A DNA stretch of 64,000 nucleotides from Octopus vulgaris. Its lineage: Eukaryota. The position numbers and the translations under genes were made by a program. The notes under the pieces are model-generated. The model was given only the letters and a program-made list of their open reading frames with translations. It ran no database searches and had not been told where the DNA came from. Location: assembly GCA_951406725.2 (NCBI GenBank), contig OX597814.1:29946001-30010000 (forward strand), written 5' to 3'. Of the stretch, positions 1 through 14,266 are shown in pieces. Position 1 is the stretch's first letter; every line of letters begins with the position of its first letter.

Positions 1-1169
1 TATATAGGAATGCCACTCACTTTCGGAACCACTGATATATAGGAACTGATTTAATTGGCTATATTTCTCTCTGCTTCATATTTATAGTTTTCCAGTCAGT
101 GTAAGAAATTATTATCACATCAACTTTTTAAAATATTAACAATCTTTTAAGATATTATTCGTTACAGTCTTTTGAGATATTAACTATCCTTTAACTGTTT
201 AAATAACTGGAATTTTTTTTTCATTTCTTTTCAGTGTTGGAATTCTTATATAGAGCTACTATTCTTTTGTGTTATTGTAAAACAATCATGCTAACAAAAC
301 AAATCCTTTGAAAATATTTTGTTTTTTGGTTTTAAATACCATTAGTTTTCTTTCTTTGTGTCTGTGTATATGGGTCACATAAATTAATGTATTTCTATAG
401 TTTAGTGTTTGTTATTTTTTCACAAAGAGAATTATATAATAATAGAAAGGCATATAACATTGAAAATTATGTTTCCATACCTCTCTTTCTCGCCACCTCC
501 TCCATCTTTCTCACAAGTATGTATTCAGTAACATTTGTGTGTCATGAAGGGCACAAGTTAGGCAGCACCTTCCTTTCAAGAAATAAATTTTTTTTTTCTT
601 TTTTGCTGATGTAGACCATCAGTGTTTTTCTCCAATTCTAGTTTTGTTGATTTTTGAGATTAACCAAGTGGATAACTGATCATTTATTCAGAAATTCAAA
701 CTTTATTTCTTCAATTATCGTCCTATATTCCTTCGTAAAGCTCATTGCATTACAGGCCATTGTAAAAGCAAAGAGTTTCTAACGGGCACTGTCTGAGCTC
801 CTAACAGCCTTGGCTGGGTTCATAAATTCAATCCTAATGTGAGCCCACACACATCCCATTAATTCTGCATTTAGGATTTTATTTTTGCAGAAATCATGTT
901 TACTCTGAAGTATTTCTATGGTTGACTCCGCTAATTTGTCTCTGTGAAATATGTTACACATCAGTTTTGCTTTTGATAGGTATCTTTGAATAAGTACCAT
1001 AAATAGTACCTTCCTTGAATTTGCACTTGTTTCCTATCTCTTTATTTTGGTTATCATCTGTTCAGTTCTCTGCATTGTTTTCCATGCCTACCAAGTAGAC
1101 TTGGTCATTTTTGATTAACAAAATTACTCAATCATTTGCGGCCCTACAGAATGCTTTCTTTACACTGCT

Positions 1170-1634
1170 GAAATGTTTAAAGTGGCCATATCCATCCCAG
1201 ATATTCTACTTGCTTTATGCTCTAACCAGCCAGATCCAACCTCTCACACCTAGCCTACAATCATCATCATCATCATCATCATTTAGCATCCGCTTTCCAT
1301 GCTAGCATGGGTTGGACGGTTCAACTGGGGTCTGGGAAGCCAGAAGGCTGCACCAGGCCCAGTCTGATCTGGCAGTGTTTCTACGGCTGGATGCCCTTCC
1401 TAACGCCAACCACTCCGTGAGTGTAGTGGATGCTTTTTACGTGCCACCTGCACAGGTGCCAGATGGGGCTGGCAAACGGCCACGGATGGATAGTGCATTT
1501 TACGTGCCACCGGCACGGGGGCCAAGCGAGGCTGGCAGAAATCTTTAAGCTACAAGACAATGCATGATTAATTCAGAGCCATTTGAATAAATAAACATTG
1601 CATTTTATAGAATAATCTGAATGCTAAAGGCTTA
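1170..1634 (-). mobile_element. Degenerate TTAA-type MITE (family of 12223-12441) interrupted by an RTE tail
   Basis: 1170-1260 and 1541-1634 match the reverse complement of 12223-12441. The right end reads ATGCTAAAGGCTTAA. Confidence 0.65.
1261..1540 (-). mobile_element. RTE LINE 3' tail, 5'-truncated copy
   Basis: (CAT)n followed by the reverse complement of the 28860-29108 terminus. Confidence 0.9.
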
Positions 1635-1880
1635 AATTACTGTAAATGTGGGTTGTGAATGCAGTTTTCCAAGATGCCATTGAACAAGGCTTAGCTGTGG
1701 AATTCTATAGTTTACAAGGGACAAGTTAGGTACAATTGCCGTGAGTAGTTGATGTGCTTAGGATCTGAGTCTTGAAGATATCATTTTACATTTTGTGACA
1801 TAACACTGAAACAGGAAACTGCCATTGTGTAGCTTATAATACTCGTAACAGATGTTGCTAGCTTTCATGTCACATTCTTT

Positions 1881-1911
<31 letters not shown>

Positions 1912-1914
1912 TTC

Positions 1915-2185
1915 ACTGGCTTCCGTGCCGGTGGCCCGTAAAATGCACCAATCCGATCATGGCCATTGCCAGCCTCGCCTGGCACCTGTGCTGGTGGCAC
2001 GTAAAAAGCACCCACTACACTCATGGAGTGGTTGGTGTTAGGAAGGGCATCCAACTGTAGAAACACTGCCAGATCAGACTGGAGTCTGGTGCAGCCTTCT
2101 GGATTCCCAGATCCCTGGTCGAACCGTCCAACCCATGCCAGCATGGAGAACGGACGTTAAACAATGATGATGATGATGATGATGA
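1915..2185 (+). mobile_element. RTE LINE 3' tail copy
   Basis: GGTGGCACGTAAAAAGCACCCACTACAC...GGAAGGGCATCC...(GAT)n, homologous to 28860-29108. Confidence 0.9.
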
Positions 2186-2244
2186 TTCACAATGACACTG
2201 AGAAAAGACTGAATTCTATTGATAAAAACTCATATTATTAATTG

Positions 2245-2435
2245 CCATACTTGATGGCATATAAGACCACATTTTTTTTCCAAAAAGTGTCTCAAAAGAA
2301 ATCACCCCAGATCATATTAGTGAAGTTGGGCTCCCATATTCTTTAATGTACTAAAACCCTTTTTTCCTGAATATGCAGTGCTGAAACTAGGGTGCATCTA
2401 ATATACCTGTGTGTCTTTTATGTCATCAAATATGC
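2245..2435. mobile_element. Degenerate Tc1/pogo-like MITE
   Basis: Imperfect TIRs CCATACTTGATGGCATATAAGAC and GTCTTTTATGTCATCAAATATGC, followed by TA. Confidence 0.5.
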
Positions 2436-2704
2436 TATATAAAATCTTTACTCATTCTCATAATTTTCTGGCAGAGCTGCTAGAGAATGCTAGTTGTGTG
2501 TCTGTGGGCTAGAGTTGTAGTGAGTGAGCCTTTGTCAATCAGTCAGATGGTCAACTTTTGGATGTAGTCTCAGATGTTTGTCTACATAAGCTGTAGCACC
2601 ATTCTAGATGTGGGGGTGGAGCAGTATTTCATTCATGGGTGTTGTACTTACATCACTTAACAGTGTAATTTATTTTCTTCAAAGATAATTAGAGACGCTT
2701 GGTT

Positions 2705-2890
2705 ATCATTTAACCCCAGGTTGGCCCTGATTGAGTTGAACCATAATCAGAAACGTTTTGGCCATGACTATCTCATCTTATTTCCAGACACAGTGCATCT
2801 ACAACTACATTATTTTATTATTATTTTAACACAATTAGGTGTGATTTGAGAGATATTTGGTGGATAACAGGCAGAATAACCATAGAGATA
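2705..2890 (+). repeat. Old unclassified interspersed repeat (relatives near 4250, 4480, 5340, 7160, 9735, 40760, 48240, 49290, 50860)
   Basis: Recurring diverged motifs TTTAACCCCAGG...ATCAAA.GCATTCCAGC.ATGAC and GTGTGATTTGAG.GAGATTTGGCTGCTATTTCTAGCA on both strands. Confidence 0.55.
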
Positions 2891-3849
2891 ATCTATATTG
2901 TTATTGGTTTTGTTTAAGAATTGCTTAACCCATTAGGCTACTACTGAAGACTGTATCTCTCCTGTAATTAATTTAAAGCGATTCAATTTGGTGAAACTTA
3001 TCACTTGTTAATCTACATTTATGGCTTTGAATTTAAAACTTGAAATGGAATACTTCTCAATAGTACAATGTTCCTACGACTGGCTAGAGCAGGTTTTTAC
3101 TCTCCTTAAGGCATCTATTTGGTAGGGTGATTTGGGTACTATCATTTTAATCCAAGGATGGGGTGATTTGAGTACTACCATTTTAATCCAAAGTACTTCC
3201 ACCATGCATATACTGTAGATGGAATATAAACCACCAAAGACTTTGGTCAAATGGTTTGACACTCTGTTGACCTAACTATATGCAGCAAGGCAGCTATTTT
3301 TTTAGTGACTGATCTTCTTAATTTTAAAAGCTTAACCAACTCAAACTTCAGCTACAGCAGTCTTCTTCAATTCTCTGACAGCTTGTGTTTCCAATAAGCA
3401 TGCTTAAGAATGACATAAAATTGTTTGATTGCTAGCCTTAATTCATAACAGGCTTTGAAATATCAGTGAAATTTTATTGTGAAATTATTGAGAGAAACCA
3501 GACATGCTGTTGTTGGTAAAAGACTTTAAACATTGAGATATAATATGAATCATAAACTTTGATCTTGACAAATCTTAACTTATAGTCTATAGTGGGACCT
3601 GTAGCAAGAACAACTATTCAAACATCAGACTACACTAGTACAATGTAACTGTCAAATAAGAGACCAACCAAGACACAAGATAGACTTTATTGTCTATTAT
3701 AAGCTGTTACCTTGAATAAATTTAAAGTATTCAGTTGTCAAGTATTGTAAGTACTTACTGCTTTTCTTAAAAGTGTATTAATTTACAGTTTATCATTTTG
3801 GAATATAAAGTCAGTAGAAAAGGTAAGAGTGTTTCATTAATTGTCTTAC

Positions 3850-4240
3850 AAAATTTAATTTGGGATCTATTCTACTTTCTGAATTTAAATCCTGTTGGAG
3901 TTGACTTAATCTTTTAATTTCCTTAGGAGTTGTGTTGTTGTCTAGCTCTAGGTTATTCTTATGTCCTGTAGACATATTATCAAAGGCAATCATTCTGTGA
4001 CAACCCATATTATTATGGGGTATGTAGGATTGCATTGTATAAAGTATGCGTTCCTTATTTAAGATGGCTTTGTATGATTGAGGAAAATTCAGTTGCTATA
4101 TCTTTCAGGCCTAGTGACCCTATAGGGGTTCTCTTGTTGGCCCTGTTAATAACAGGTTCAATAAGTACCAATAACATGCTAGGATTTGGCACTGTTGAAT
4201 ATACTGTATAATTTGGTCTTGTATTTTTGTAAGAAATCAC
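3850..4240 (-). pseudogene. Possible ancient LINE ORF2 remnant
   Basis: Minus-strand peptide LELDNNTTPKEIKRLSQL loosely resembles the L..PIT.EEI..AI..L segment upstream of LINE RT. Weak. Confidence 0.25.
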
Positions 4241-4726
4241 TATTTTTAAATGAGCAGCTCTGATGTGAAAAGTATTCCAGCTATGAACCTTTCATTTTCT
4301 AGAGGTGTGTAGGATTACATTGTCCAAGATTTTAAGATGTTAGGGTGATTTGGGTACTATCAGTAGCAATCGAGTGATGATCATTGAGAGGCACCCTTAT
4401 TGACGTGGGTATGTAATGGTGGGGTGGTGTACTAATAGAAACAATAGAGCACTAACTTAAATACATCATATTACAAGTCAATGCAGGAGTCTTGACGTGG
4501 TTGTTGACTTGCTAGGAATAGCTACTTAATCTCCCTCAAATCACACCCTAGCTTATTATGAATAGAACATATTGGAAAATGGAGCTACATATCTCCCTAT
4601 CTACTTAAGCCCTTCACTCCTTGTGCAGCATAGGCTATCAATGACTTTTCTCCACTGTTCTTGACATTAGGCTGCCTTTTCTGTTTCCCTCTAGTTGGAT
4701 TTCTGCTTCCTTTTGTATTTGTCTGT

Positions 4727-5041
4727 GTTGTGCCGGTGGCACGTAAAAAGCACCATCCGTTCGTGGCCGTTGCCAGCCTCGCCTGGCCCCGTGCTGGTGG
4801 CACGTAAAAAGCACCATCCGTCCGTGGCCATTTGCCAGCTCTGTCTGGCACCTGTGCGGGTGGCACGTAAAAAGCACCCACTACACTCACGGAGTGGTTG
4901 GCGTTAGGAAGGGCATCCAGCCGTAGAAACACTGCCAGATCAGACTGGGCCTGATGCAGCCTTCTGGCTTCACAGACCCCAGTTGAACTGTCCAACCCAT
5001 GCTAGCATGGAAAGCGGATGCTAAATGATGATGATGATGAT
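4727..5041 (+). mobile_element. RTE LINE 3' tail copy with 3 core-motif units
   Basis: Three GGTGGCACGTAAAAAGCACC units, then the conserved tail and (GAT)n. Confidence 0.9.
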
Positions 5042-5129
5042 CTTATGTTTCCCTGAAGAAAGGTCTTCTTCACCCAAGTCTTGTTGGTTTTGAATTGTCA
5101 TCAGTGCTTCTGTAATTTTGCTTGTTTTT

Positions 5130-5306
5130 TTTTACTAGGTAGGAGTGAAAAAACCCCACTTTTACACTTGGGAAGAAGTGGTCCATCTTAATCTGGCCGC
5201 TTTCCTTTGACCTGTCCAGCAAGGAAGGTGCTACCAGGAGCATGCGATCTACTGGATTAGTAGTCAGAGTCACTAAGGCACACAAGTCACCACACTGTAA
5301 CAAGGA
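5130..5306 (-). mobile_element. RTE-type 5' UTR-like fragment
   Basis: CCTTTGACCTGTCCAGCA...CTACCAGGAG...GTCACTAAGGCACACAAG...ACAAGG resembles the antisense 5' leader of RTE/BovB elements, from memory. Confidence 0.4.
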
Positions 5307-5517
5307 TTGGACCCCGTAGTGTAGTTCCAAATACATTATTTAAAGAGATGGGGTGGTCATGGTTGGAAGGCATTTGACCAGAGGTTTGTTCAATCAGAAG
5401 TGGCTATTAAGCAACTATAATTAGGATGAATTCAATGGTTATATAGAAGGAAACTACAAAAACCCATCGGATGGACTGTATGAGTTCTGAGATGGTAGAT
5501 TTAATTCAGCACCTGAT

Positions 5518-5737
5518 CCCTTTCGTTACCGTATTTATTTTGAGATGCTCTGTGTTTCTTTCAATTACTTTAACTATAACAAAGAATTTAGTAAAATAAC
5601 TTAGTTATCATTAAGTTAGTGTTAGGAACATAAATTGTGACTAAGGTTTGGTGGAAGATTTTAATTCAAAAGTTATGAAAACAAGACATTTTACCACATA
5701 GCCAGAGCCGGTTTTGGCCGGGCTAGTAACAAAAGGG
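5518..5737. mobile_element. piggyBac-like MITE family 1
   Basis: TIRs CCCTTTCGTTAC and GTAACAAAAGGG with TTAA on the right. Similar copies at 26182 and 29761. Confidence 0.8.
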
Positions 5738-6744
5738 TTAAACAGCACCACCTAGCCTGCTCTTGAGTGCTTTTTAGAAGAGTCCACTATGTTAAGAGCA
5801 GGTAAACCTGGTCATTTCTTTCATAACTTTCTACTTTCTTCATAATGATCTCAGGAGCCTTACATCACAAAGGCTGCTCTTCTTCCTCTGACTAAACCAT
5901 CAAAAACAATAAAACAGACCATTCCGCTTCAAAAATTGGCCTATTCATTGTCAAAAAAAGTCATTCTTTTGATAGGTATTTTATTTGAGACTTAGTTTGT
6001 TTTCCACATATGTGTTATAAATCATTAATTTAAAGTTATTTTTAAATACTACAGTTGAGATATTAAACAAATCATCATCATCATCATCATCATCATTAAT
6101 CATCATTTTTATGAAACAGTTGATGTTGGGTTCACCAATAAAGCATCTAAATGATTATACAGCAATAAACACTTCACTGCTATTTTTTAGGACAATTCAA
6201 TGGTTTTCTAATGTTTCTGTTTTTTTTTTTTATATAATTTATATACCATTTTTTTTTACATTTTGAACATAATAAAACACCATTGTTATTTATTATAATT
6301 GAGTACTAATTAGATTTTTGTTGCTGTTCTCTATTTTTCATTGAGTAACTAAATTTAACCAGGTTATTTATTTATTTTTTTTGCATACTGCAAATCAAAA
6401 GATATTAGCCGTTCCACATTCCTATGTATGATGTTGCATCATATAATATGTAGCTTTATTGGAAGACATTCTTGTGTTTATTTCTTATTAAAATATGGTG
6501 AATTAAACAATTGAAACACATTATATAAGTTAACATTAAAAAAAAAAAATTGATTTCTATTAACATATTTTTGCATTGTTATATTTCATAGCTGGCAATT
6601 TGTTTGAAAAATGATGGTGCTTTGTTTGCTTGTAATTTTTTAAAATTGAGTCTTTTGTTTCATTTATTTTTATGACTGTATGTAGCATATTACAGCTTGT
6701 TATTCTTTTACAAGTTCTCCATATTATTAATAAATCTAATTTGA

Positions 6745-7145
6745 GTAAGGTGGCGAGCTGACGGAATCATTACCATGTCAGATAAACTACTTGACAGCAT
6801 TTCTTCCAACTTTACATTCTGTGTTCAAATGCTGCCTGTTGACTTTGCTTTACATCCATTCACAGTGAATAAAATTAGTAGCGGTTGAGCTCTGGGATCG
6901 ATGTAGTCCTCCAGTGCTCAACTCTCACGAAATTGCTGCCTTTGTACCAAAATTCGAAACCAATATATCTAAACTGAGTAAGGCAATAAGCTGGCAGAAT
7001 CGTTGCCATACCTGACAAAATACTTAGTGGCATTTCTTCAAAATAATTATCAGTTGAGCTCTGGGGTTGGTGTAATTGACTTACCCTCTCCTGCAAAATT
7101 AATGGTCTTGTGAAACCAATATACCTAAAATTTGAAACCAATATT
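6745..7145 (+). mobile_element. Two adjacent degenerate SINE family B copies
   Basis: Two GG(T/C)...AGCTG(A/G)C.GAATC.TT.CCAT heads at about 6749 and 6980, each ending AAAATT(C/T)GAAACCAATAT. Confidence 0.55.
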
Positions 7146-8339
7146 TCCAAATTAAGTTGTTGTTTAGCACCATATGATCTCCAAGTGAGCAAACCTATGA
7201 TCAAAAGCATTTCAACTGTGACTGACTCATCTGTTATTCAGCTTATCCTTCCTTTTTTTATGGCTGTAATGCATCATTTAAGGGATATTTAACTACTGTT
7301 TCTAGAAGGTCTGGCTAGAGCGCTTTATCATTAACATTAGCTATAATGAGTTACAGTGTTAGAGCTAAGCTGATGGTTAGTCTCGTCTGGTATAAATTTC
7401 TAGTTGCTGCTATTTCATTTCGGTAACATCCTTAAAGCACTTAAAAAAAAAAAAAAGGTGGGGGAGGTATCAATGTTACAAAATGCCTTTCCTTCTACTT
7501 TATAAATCTGAATCCTTTATGTCTGTGGGAGAAATCAATGGAAGTAAACTGAGGTAGTTGGAGATGAAACATTTTCACACATCTTGTAAATTGTTGTTGC
7601 ATGAAATGAAGATAGTTTGGGGTTAGAGCATCAAAGAAAATCATTTGTGTGTATGGGTGTGTGTGATCTTTTCCTAATTATTGATCAATACTTGAAACTG
7701 ACATAATTAGTGAAGAGAGTACAAGGAAAGATTGGAGACTAAGTTACATGCAAATATATACTTATTCATCATTTATTAACTTCACTTGTTGACATAATTT
7801 AATACAATCTTGTTGTTTAACCCCAGGTCAAGTCATTATATGTCATATCCAGTTAAGTACTTCAACGAAATGTCTTACAGTATTTATTCTGGTTTCTTGC
7901 TTTCAGAGTTCAAATCCTGCTAATTTCAATATTACCTTCCTGGGTTGATAAATGAAGTTATAGTTTGGGGCTGTAGACTGACAGAATAATTATGGCTGTA
8001 TAGGGTACTTGCTTTGCAGTATTTATATCAGCTCCTTGCATTCTGAGTTCAAATCTCACTGTGGCATCTTTGGTGCTTTTAACAGAATCCTCTCTATTGC
8101 TAATATTCACGCCATGTTGCTAGTTTGAGTGGCCTTTCTTCTCTCCCTCTTTTCCTCTCATTCACCAGTCTTGGAATGGAATGAGATGATTGGGTGTGGT
8201 TGCTTGAATGCTGATGATTTGTCACAGTTGACTGAACATTCAGGCTGTTTTAATGATTGTACTTTTTGGTGCTCGACGTAAGCACTCACACATGCATGTA
8301 CTCATGTGCACATCGGCAGAAATCTAAACATGTGGAGTG

Positions 8340-8363
8340 AAAGAGAGGGGATAGAGAAAGGGA

Positions 8364-8416
<53 letters not shown>
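8340..8416. repeat. (GA)n microsatellite
   Basis: Seen directly. Confidence 0.95.
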
Positions 8417-8420
<4 letters not shown>

Positions 8421-8424
8421 TTAA

Positions 8425-8712
8425 CATGTTAACCACCATGGCCTGTTATTGGAACTTACCAGTGAAGCCACGGATTTCCAGTCATGCTACATTGTATAAT
8501 TACAAGGAAATGTAACTTTTTTGCAGTTTTACAATATTTCATTATTAAACTTTAATATTTAACACTCATGTTATTTAAATATCCTCAAAACCATGACAAA
8601 GATACAAAATATAATATTTTCTCAAATTACGAAAATGTACCACCAGTGGTGCATATGGCAGTTGTGTGAAGTTTGCAATTAACCACAGATGGTATGCACG
8701 GTGGTTAATGCG
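8425..8712. mobile_element. TTAA-flanked MITE family 3
   Basis: TTAA|CATGTTAACCACCATG ... CACGGTGGTTAATGCG|TTAA, imperfect TIRs. Confidence 0.6.
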
Positions 8713-9029
8713 TTAAAGTGAGTAAACCATTAAACCATCTGATGTTGAAGAAGTCAGCATTGGATCAGCAATGCCAAATAAGTGATGCCAAAATGGCTGT
8801 ACGATAACATTTTGTATCCATCATGTAAGTCCTGTAACGAGCTGTGGGCATTTCTTTTCCTCCTGATAAAGTTAAGAAAAACACAAAATCAAAGCAGACA
8901 ATAGAACTTGGCAAACCATCCAACCCATGACAGCATGGAAAACATATGTTAAATGCTGATGATATTAAGTATCTACCCAAAAGTAGAATTTTTTTTCTGC
9001 AAGTTATGTGACCTCAATAAACTTGACAT

Positions 9030-9030
<1 letters not shown>

Positions 9031-9061
<31 letters not shown>

Positions 9062-9265
9062 TTAACATTGTTTTTCCATGCTGGTATGGGTTGGACGGTC
9101 TGACAGCCACTGGCCAGCTGGAGAGCTGCACAAGGCTACAATTGTCTGTTTTGGCATAGTTTGTACAGCTTGATATCCTCTTTAACACCAAGCATGTTAC
9201 AAAGTTTACTGGGTGCTCTTTTACAAGGCACCAGCATGGGTGCTTTTTATGTGGAACCAGCACAA
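9031..9265 (-). mobile_element. Older RTE 3' tail copy
   Basis: (CAT)n then TTTAACATTG...CCATGCTGGTATGGGTTGGACGG. Confidence 0.75.
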
Positions 9266-11486
9266 TAGAACATAGTCTCAAACATGACATTCCTCAACAA
9301 AAGATAGATTGGTGTATAAGACTGCTTTCTGCAGTTAATAGTAATGAAATTTTGAATAGACATATCTGATTTCTGCAGCAAAAGTGCTAATAAGGTGTGG
9401 TCCAGAGATCAAGGAAACGATTGGTGGTCTGCTTCAGCAAAAATTAATCCCCACCAAATTCATTCGTTTCCATTTTTTCCACCCTGTTCCTACTTAGCCC
9501 CACATTTTTTACCCTCATCTTTGCCGAAATATAAACTCCCACCATCTCTTACACTACTCACTCAGTCCTGTTCCCTCCATTTCCCCACATTTATATCTTT
9601 TTATTACTCTTTTACTGTTCCATTTTCTCATTCTCTTTTCTGTGACCATAGATTTAGTCTTTATATACTTTCTCTTTAAAGATGGACAAGTGTACAAAAT
9701 ACATTTAGAAACAACTTTGCTACTGTATTCCACCAATGATGAAAGGGATTCCAGCTATGACCATTTTTGTCTTTTTTGTATATAGTCCTGTGTATTCTTC
9801 TTCTTTATTCTTATGTGGTAGTGTTATTATTTCCAGCAGGTCAAGTAGTCACATTGAGTCTCCCTTATTGGCAGAGTTGGTGACATCGCTAAATTCTGAG
9901 TTTAAAATTTCTTGCTGGGTGTAGGTGAACACGTTAACTCTGCCTTTCATCTCATCAAGATTGACAGTAAATACCAGTAATATATTAAGATAAATACCTG
10001 TTATAATCTTACTCTATAAATTTAAACCTTTTATGAAAAAAACAAACATGTAGACAAAAGAAATTTATGTAATATATTTATCATAGTATCATGTTTTATA
10101 GTGATGAAAAGAAATTGTTTTATCTTTTGCTGATAATCTAGATGATTTGTGAATTTATCAATGTCTTCTTGTAGCTTGAAAGTCTTACTTGCAATGATGG
10201 ATCTCCCAGATTTTGGATTGGTAAGCCACATGCACAGCCCCTCTATCCCATAGTTGTTAATTTTTTTACCTTGTCTAACCATTTTACTCTCCCACCTCCA
10301 GTGGTGTTCAAACTATTAGTGCAATCTACTTACAATGGCCTTGTGTATTTTTATAAGTGTTTGTGTGAGTGATGTATATTGTGTGCGTATGTATGGATTA
10401 TATTTATCTATTTTAGAAGTGCAAATGTTTCAATTTTTTTCTATAATTTTGAAATACTAAATCTGAATTTCCTTGCCCCTACATTTTTTCCCCATTGTAT
10501 CCTTAACCCTTTGCTTTTTGTATTACCTTGATATTTGCCAAATACACTCTTTGTTGGATAGCAAATTAACCAAATAATTTATGCATACCCTTTTCTCAGA
10601 TCACAAGAAATAAGCCTTTCTTTTATATCAGCTAAAGATTTTTCTTTATTGTAAAACTATATCAACTTGTTAACATTTTGCACGATCAAATCTTACAGAT
10701 TTTGAGTGGATTAATCTACTTTTACTTTGAATGGTTGAATTTATTCCTTCAGTGCAAATATTGGTGCTAACCAAAATAATATGAAGCTATGTTGTAACCA
10801 TTTGCAGAAAGAAACAGTTTGTATTTAATTCTTCTGCCATGAGAATCTGTTTTCAGCTGAAGTTGTATAAGAAGAAGGAAACAAATCCTATTTAAAAATC
10901 TGTAAAAGGAATTGTTATATCCTAACCTAAAATGCATTGGTATTTATTCTTGTGGTACTGCTATTTTTATTTTGATATTTATTGCATTTGACATTATACC
11001 TCTTTTTTTTTTTTTTCCACTGTTTAATTCATATTTTATTTAAATATAATTGATGATTCAAAGCGACACATTCTCTTTTCTTTTGTTCAATGATATTTTA
11101 ATTATCTATTTATAGAAAGTAATGATTTTCTTTCTACAGCTCAGGTGTGTTTGTGTGTGTATATGTGTGTGTATGTGTGTGCATATGATCATTATACTTT
11201 TAACATTTATTAGTCTAACCTCTCTGAGTACAGTATGGTAATAACATAGATATCTTTCCTAGACACAGGTGCTAATAGTAAACTGCCTTTTGATCTTATT
11301 TGCACTCCATATTGTATGGTGGATTATATTCTCCAAAATCAATCATATTTATCATTGCTGTTCCATTGCCATGCAGTAAAAAGAATAGTTAATGGATCCT
11401 TCATCACTTTTGATGATAACTATTCTAGTCATTTGATCAGCTATTCATTGTATCATGTAGCTGAGTATTTTATCATGTGTACTTTC

Positions 11487-11858
11487 TCTCTTTCTCTTGT
11501 TTCAGTCATTTGACTGTGGCCATGCTGGAGCACCGCCTTTAGTCGAGCAAATTGACCCCAGGACTTATTCTTTGTAAGCCTAGTACTTATTCTATCGGTC
11601 TGTTTTTGCCGAACTGCTAAGTTACGCAAACGCACCAGCATCGGTTGTCAAGCGATGTTGGGGGGACAAACACAGACACACACATACATATATACGACGG
11701 GCTTCTTTCAGTTTCCGTTTACCAAATCCACTCATATGGCTTTGGTTGGCCCGAGGCTATGGTAGAAGACACTTGCCCAAGGTGCCATGCAGTGAGACTG
11801 AACCCAGAACCATGTGGTTGGTAAGCAAGCTACTTGCCACACAGTCACTCCTGCGCCT
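11487..11858 (-). mobile_element. tRNA-derived SINE family A, full length
   Basis: Reverse complement of 61617-62003: tRNA-like head, CCTTGGGCAAG CORE-like block, central microsatellite, CR1-like tail. Confidence 0.9.
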
Positions 11859-12222
11859 ATGTATGTAATCCTCAGGCAGAATCAGTTTGACATGATGTCT
11901 AATAAATCTGGTCCTGCTCAGTTTCATTCACAAGGATTGTGTAATCCAAAATTATGTTAAAAGACACTTTGCCCAAGATATCATGCAGTGGGATTGAACT
12001 AGGACCTCTTGATTGCAACGTGCCCTTCTTAACTACTCAGCTATGCCAGCACTCATTAGCAGTGTGTTTTGTACACATACCTTGTACAGTCTGCTTTTGG
12101 ACATTGGATGAATCCTTTTGTTGCTTGCAGAAGTAACAACTCTATGAATTTCTTCTACATCTCTTTTATCCTTTACTTTGAATATCGCCATTAATACTTG
12201 TATCACTGAGATTGTTGTTTAA

Positions 12223-12441
12223 CCCTTTAGCATTCAGGTTATTCTATCAAATATAATGCCTATTGGCTCCCATTGATTTGAATAAGTCATGCATTATCTC
12301 ATATCTTCAAGAGCTTGACAGTGTAATTACTTAATGTAGAATAACATTGTAGGGTAGGTGTGAGAGTCTGGATCTGGTCAGTTTGAACATAAAACAGATT
12401 AAATATTTTGGCCGGATATGGCCGGTTTAAATACTAAAGGG
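12223..12441. mobile_element. piggyBac-like MITE family 2
   Basis: TTAA|CCCTTTAGCATT ... AATACTAAAGGG|TTAA. Confidence 0.8.
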
Positions 12442-12539
12442 TTAAACATTCCATGTAGTTAGCTTTCTGGATTGGTTACTACACCTTTACATCTGGAACA
12501 TCCAAAGTCTCAGGGTTCTATATGTTTACTTGAGATCCA

Positions 12540-13160
12540 TCATCATTATCATCACCATCATCATCATTTAATGTCTGTTGTCCATACTGGCATGGGTTGG
12601 ACAGTTTGACCAGGGCTGACAGGCTGAAAGGTTGCACCAGATTCCAGTCTGATTTGGCATGGTTTCTATGACTGGATGCCCCTTCTAACACGAATCACCC
12701 TGAGAGTCTAATGGGTGCTTTTATGTGCCACCGGCATGGGTGCCATTTGCATGACACCAGTATCTGCCATGACTGTGATTTTACTTGGCTTGATGGGTCT
12801 TCTTCTTAAGCACGACATAATGCCAAGGTCTCCGTTATTTGTCCTCCATGAGGCCCAACACTCGAAAGCAGCTTTTCACATGCCTCTAGCATTGGCCACT
12901 TTGACTCCACGAGGCCCAATGCTTGAAAGGTGCTTTTTTATGTGCCAGTTACATGACACCTGCAACAATTTCACTTGGCTTGACAAATCTTCTCAAGACA
13001 GCATATCGTCAAAGGTCTTGATCACTAGTCATTTCCTCTGTGAGGCCTAAAGTTCAAAGATCATGCTTCACCACCTTGTCCCATGTCTTCCTGAGTCTAC
13101 CTCTACCACAGGTTCTCTCCACAGTTAGAGATGGGCACTTCTCACATCTGTCCTCGTCTA
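12540..13160 (-). mobile_element. Degenerate RTE copy (3' UTR plus end of ORF2)
   Basis: (CAT)n tail. 13040-13160 is antisense to the GRGRPRKTWDEVVKHDL region. Confidence 0.8.
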
Positions 13161-14212
13161 TAGCTGTCCTTGTCCTGTAATTTTTATGCACCCATACTTC
13201 CACTGACTTCTCAGTACTGAACTTCAGTCAATCACCTTTTTACATATTGAACAAGCTCATTGGAATTGGTTCACAGCTATTAATCACTACTTTGGTATTT
13301 GTCATGCTGACTGTGATTCTCCTTTTTTTTCAGACAATTCTTCTAGGTTTACAATCTTTTCTGTAGTTCTTTAACAGATGTGATGTGATGTCAATATATA
13401 GATGTTGTCAATAGCATTCAGCCTAAAACTCTGTAAGTGCTTCAAGCACTACAATGAAACAACGCTGAACACAGAGTACTGGTGTATCCTATATATTCTA
13501 AATTCCTTGCTACATTCATTGTCAGTTTTAGCTTTAGGAATAGCACTCACATGCATAACCTCAGCTGGTTTCAAAAGCCATTTATCTATACCTGAGATTC
13601 TATCTGTCTGTTGGGTAACAAAATGTTGGATTCCTGTAAGTATGTAAATATGCAAGCACACATGTACATATGTGTACAAACATTCAAAGTTATACATTTT
13701 ATATGTACATGTACCTGACAAATAATACTTGTAATTTACATATATAAATATGTGTGTGCGTGTGCGTGTGTGTGTGTGTGTGTAATATCAGGGAATTCAA
13801 ACGGTTTTATATGTATATATGTAATGTTAATAATCTTTTCTAACAGTAAAATGATTTTTAAAAAAAAAAGTATTTATTCATAAAAGATGTGTGATAATGT
13901 TTATGTATCCATGAGCACATATTTTGATTCTGCTTTTTTTAACCCTACATCATCCCTGATTGTGTAAATCTATGATTAAAGGGGATCCAGTTGAGATCAT
14001 CTCATCTCTTTTCAGGCATAGTGCATCTAAGACTACATCATTCAATATATCTTTCTGTAAATGTATGCGTTTTAAGATGGTGGATGAGATTAAATAAGAA
14101 TAGGCTGTAGTTTCTAACTGGCTGAAGAGAGAAAATTTCATGGGAAAAAAGGTTCTATGATATATATATGTGTGTGTATATCTATCTATCTATCCATCTA
14201 TCTATCTATCTA

Positions 14213-14265
<53 letters not shown>

Positions 14266-14266
14266 T

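Noticed and set aside
600-1130. Possible decayed coding sequence on the minus strand (73-aa ORF)
   Set aside because: No recognisable motif in any frame I read.
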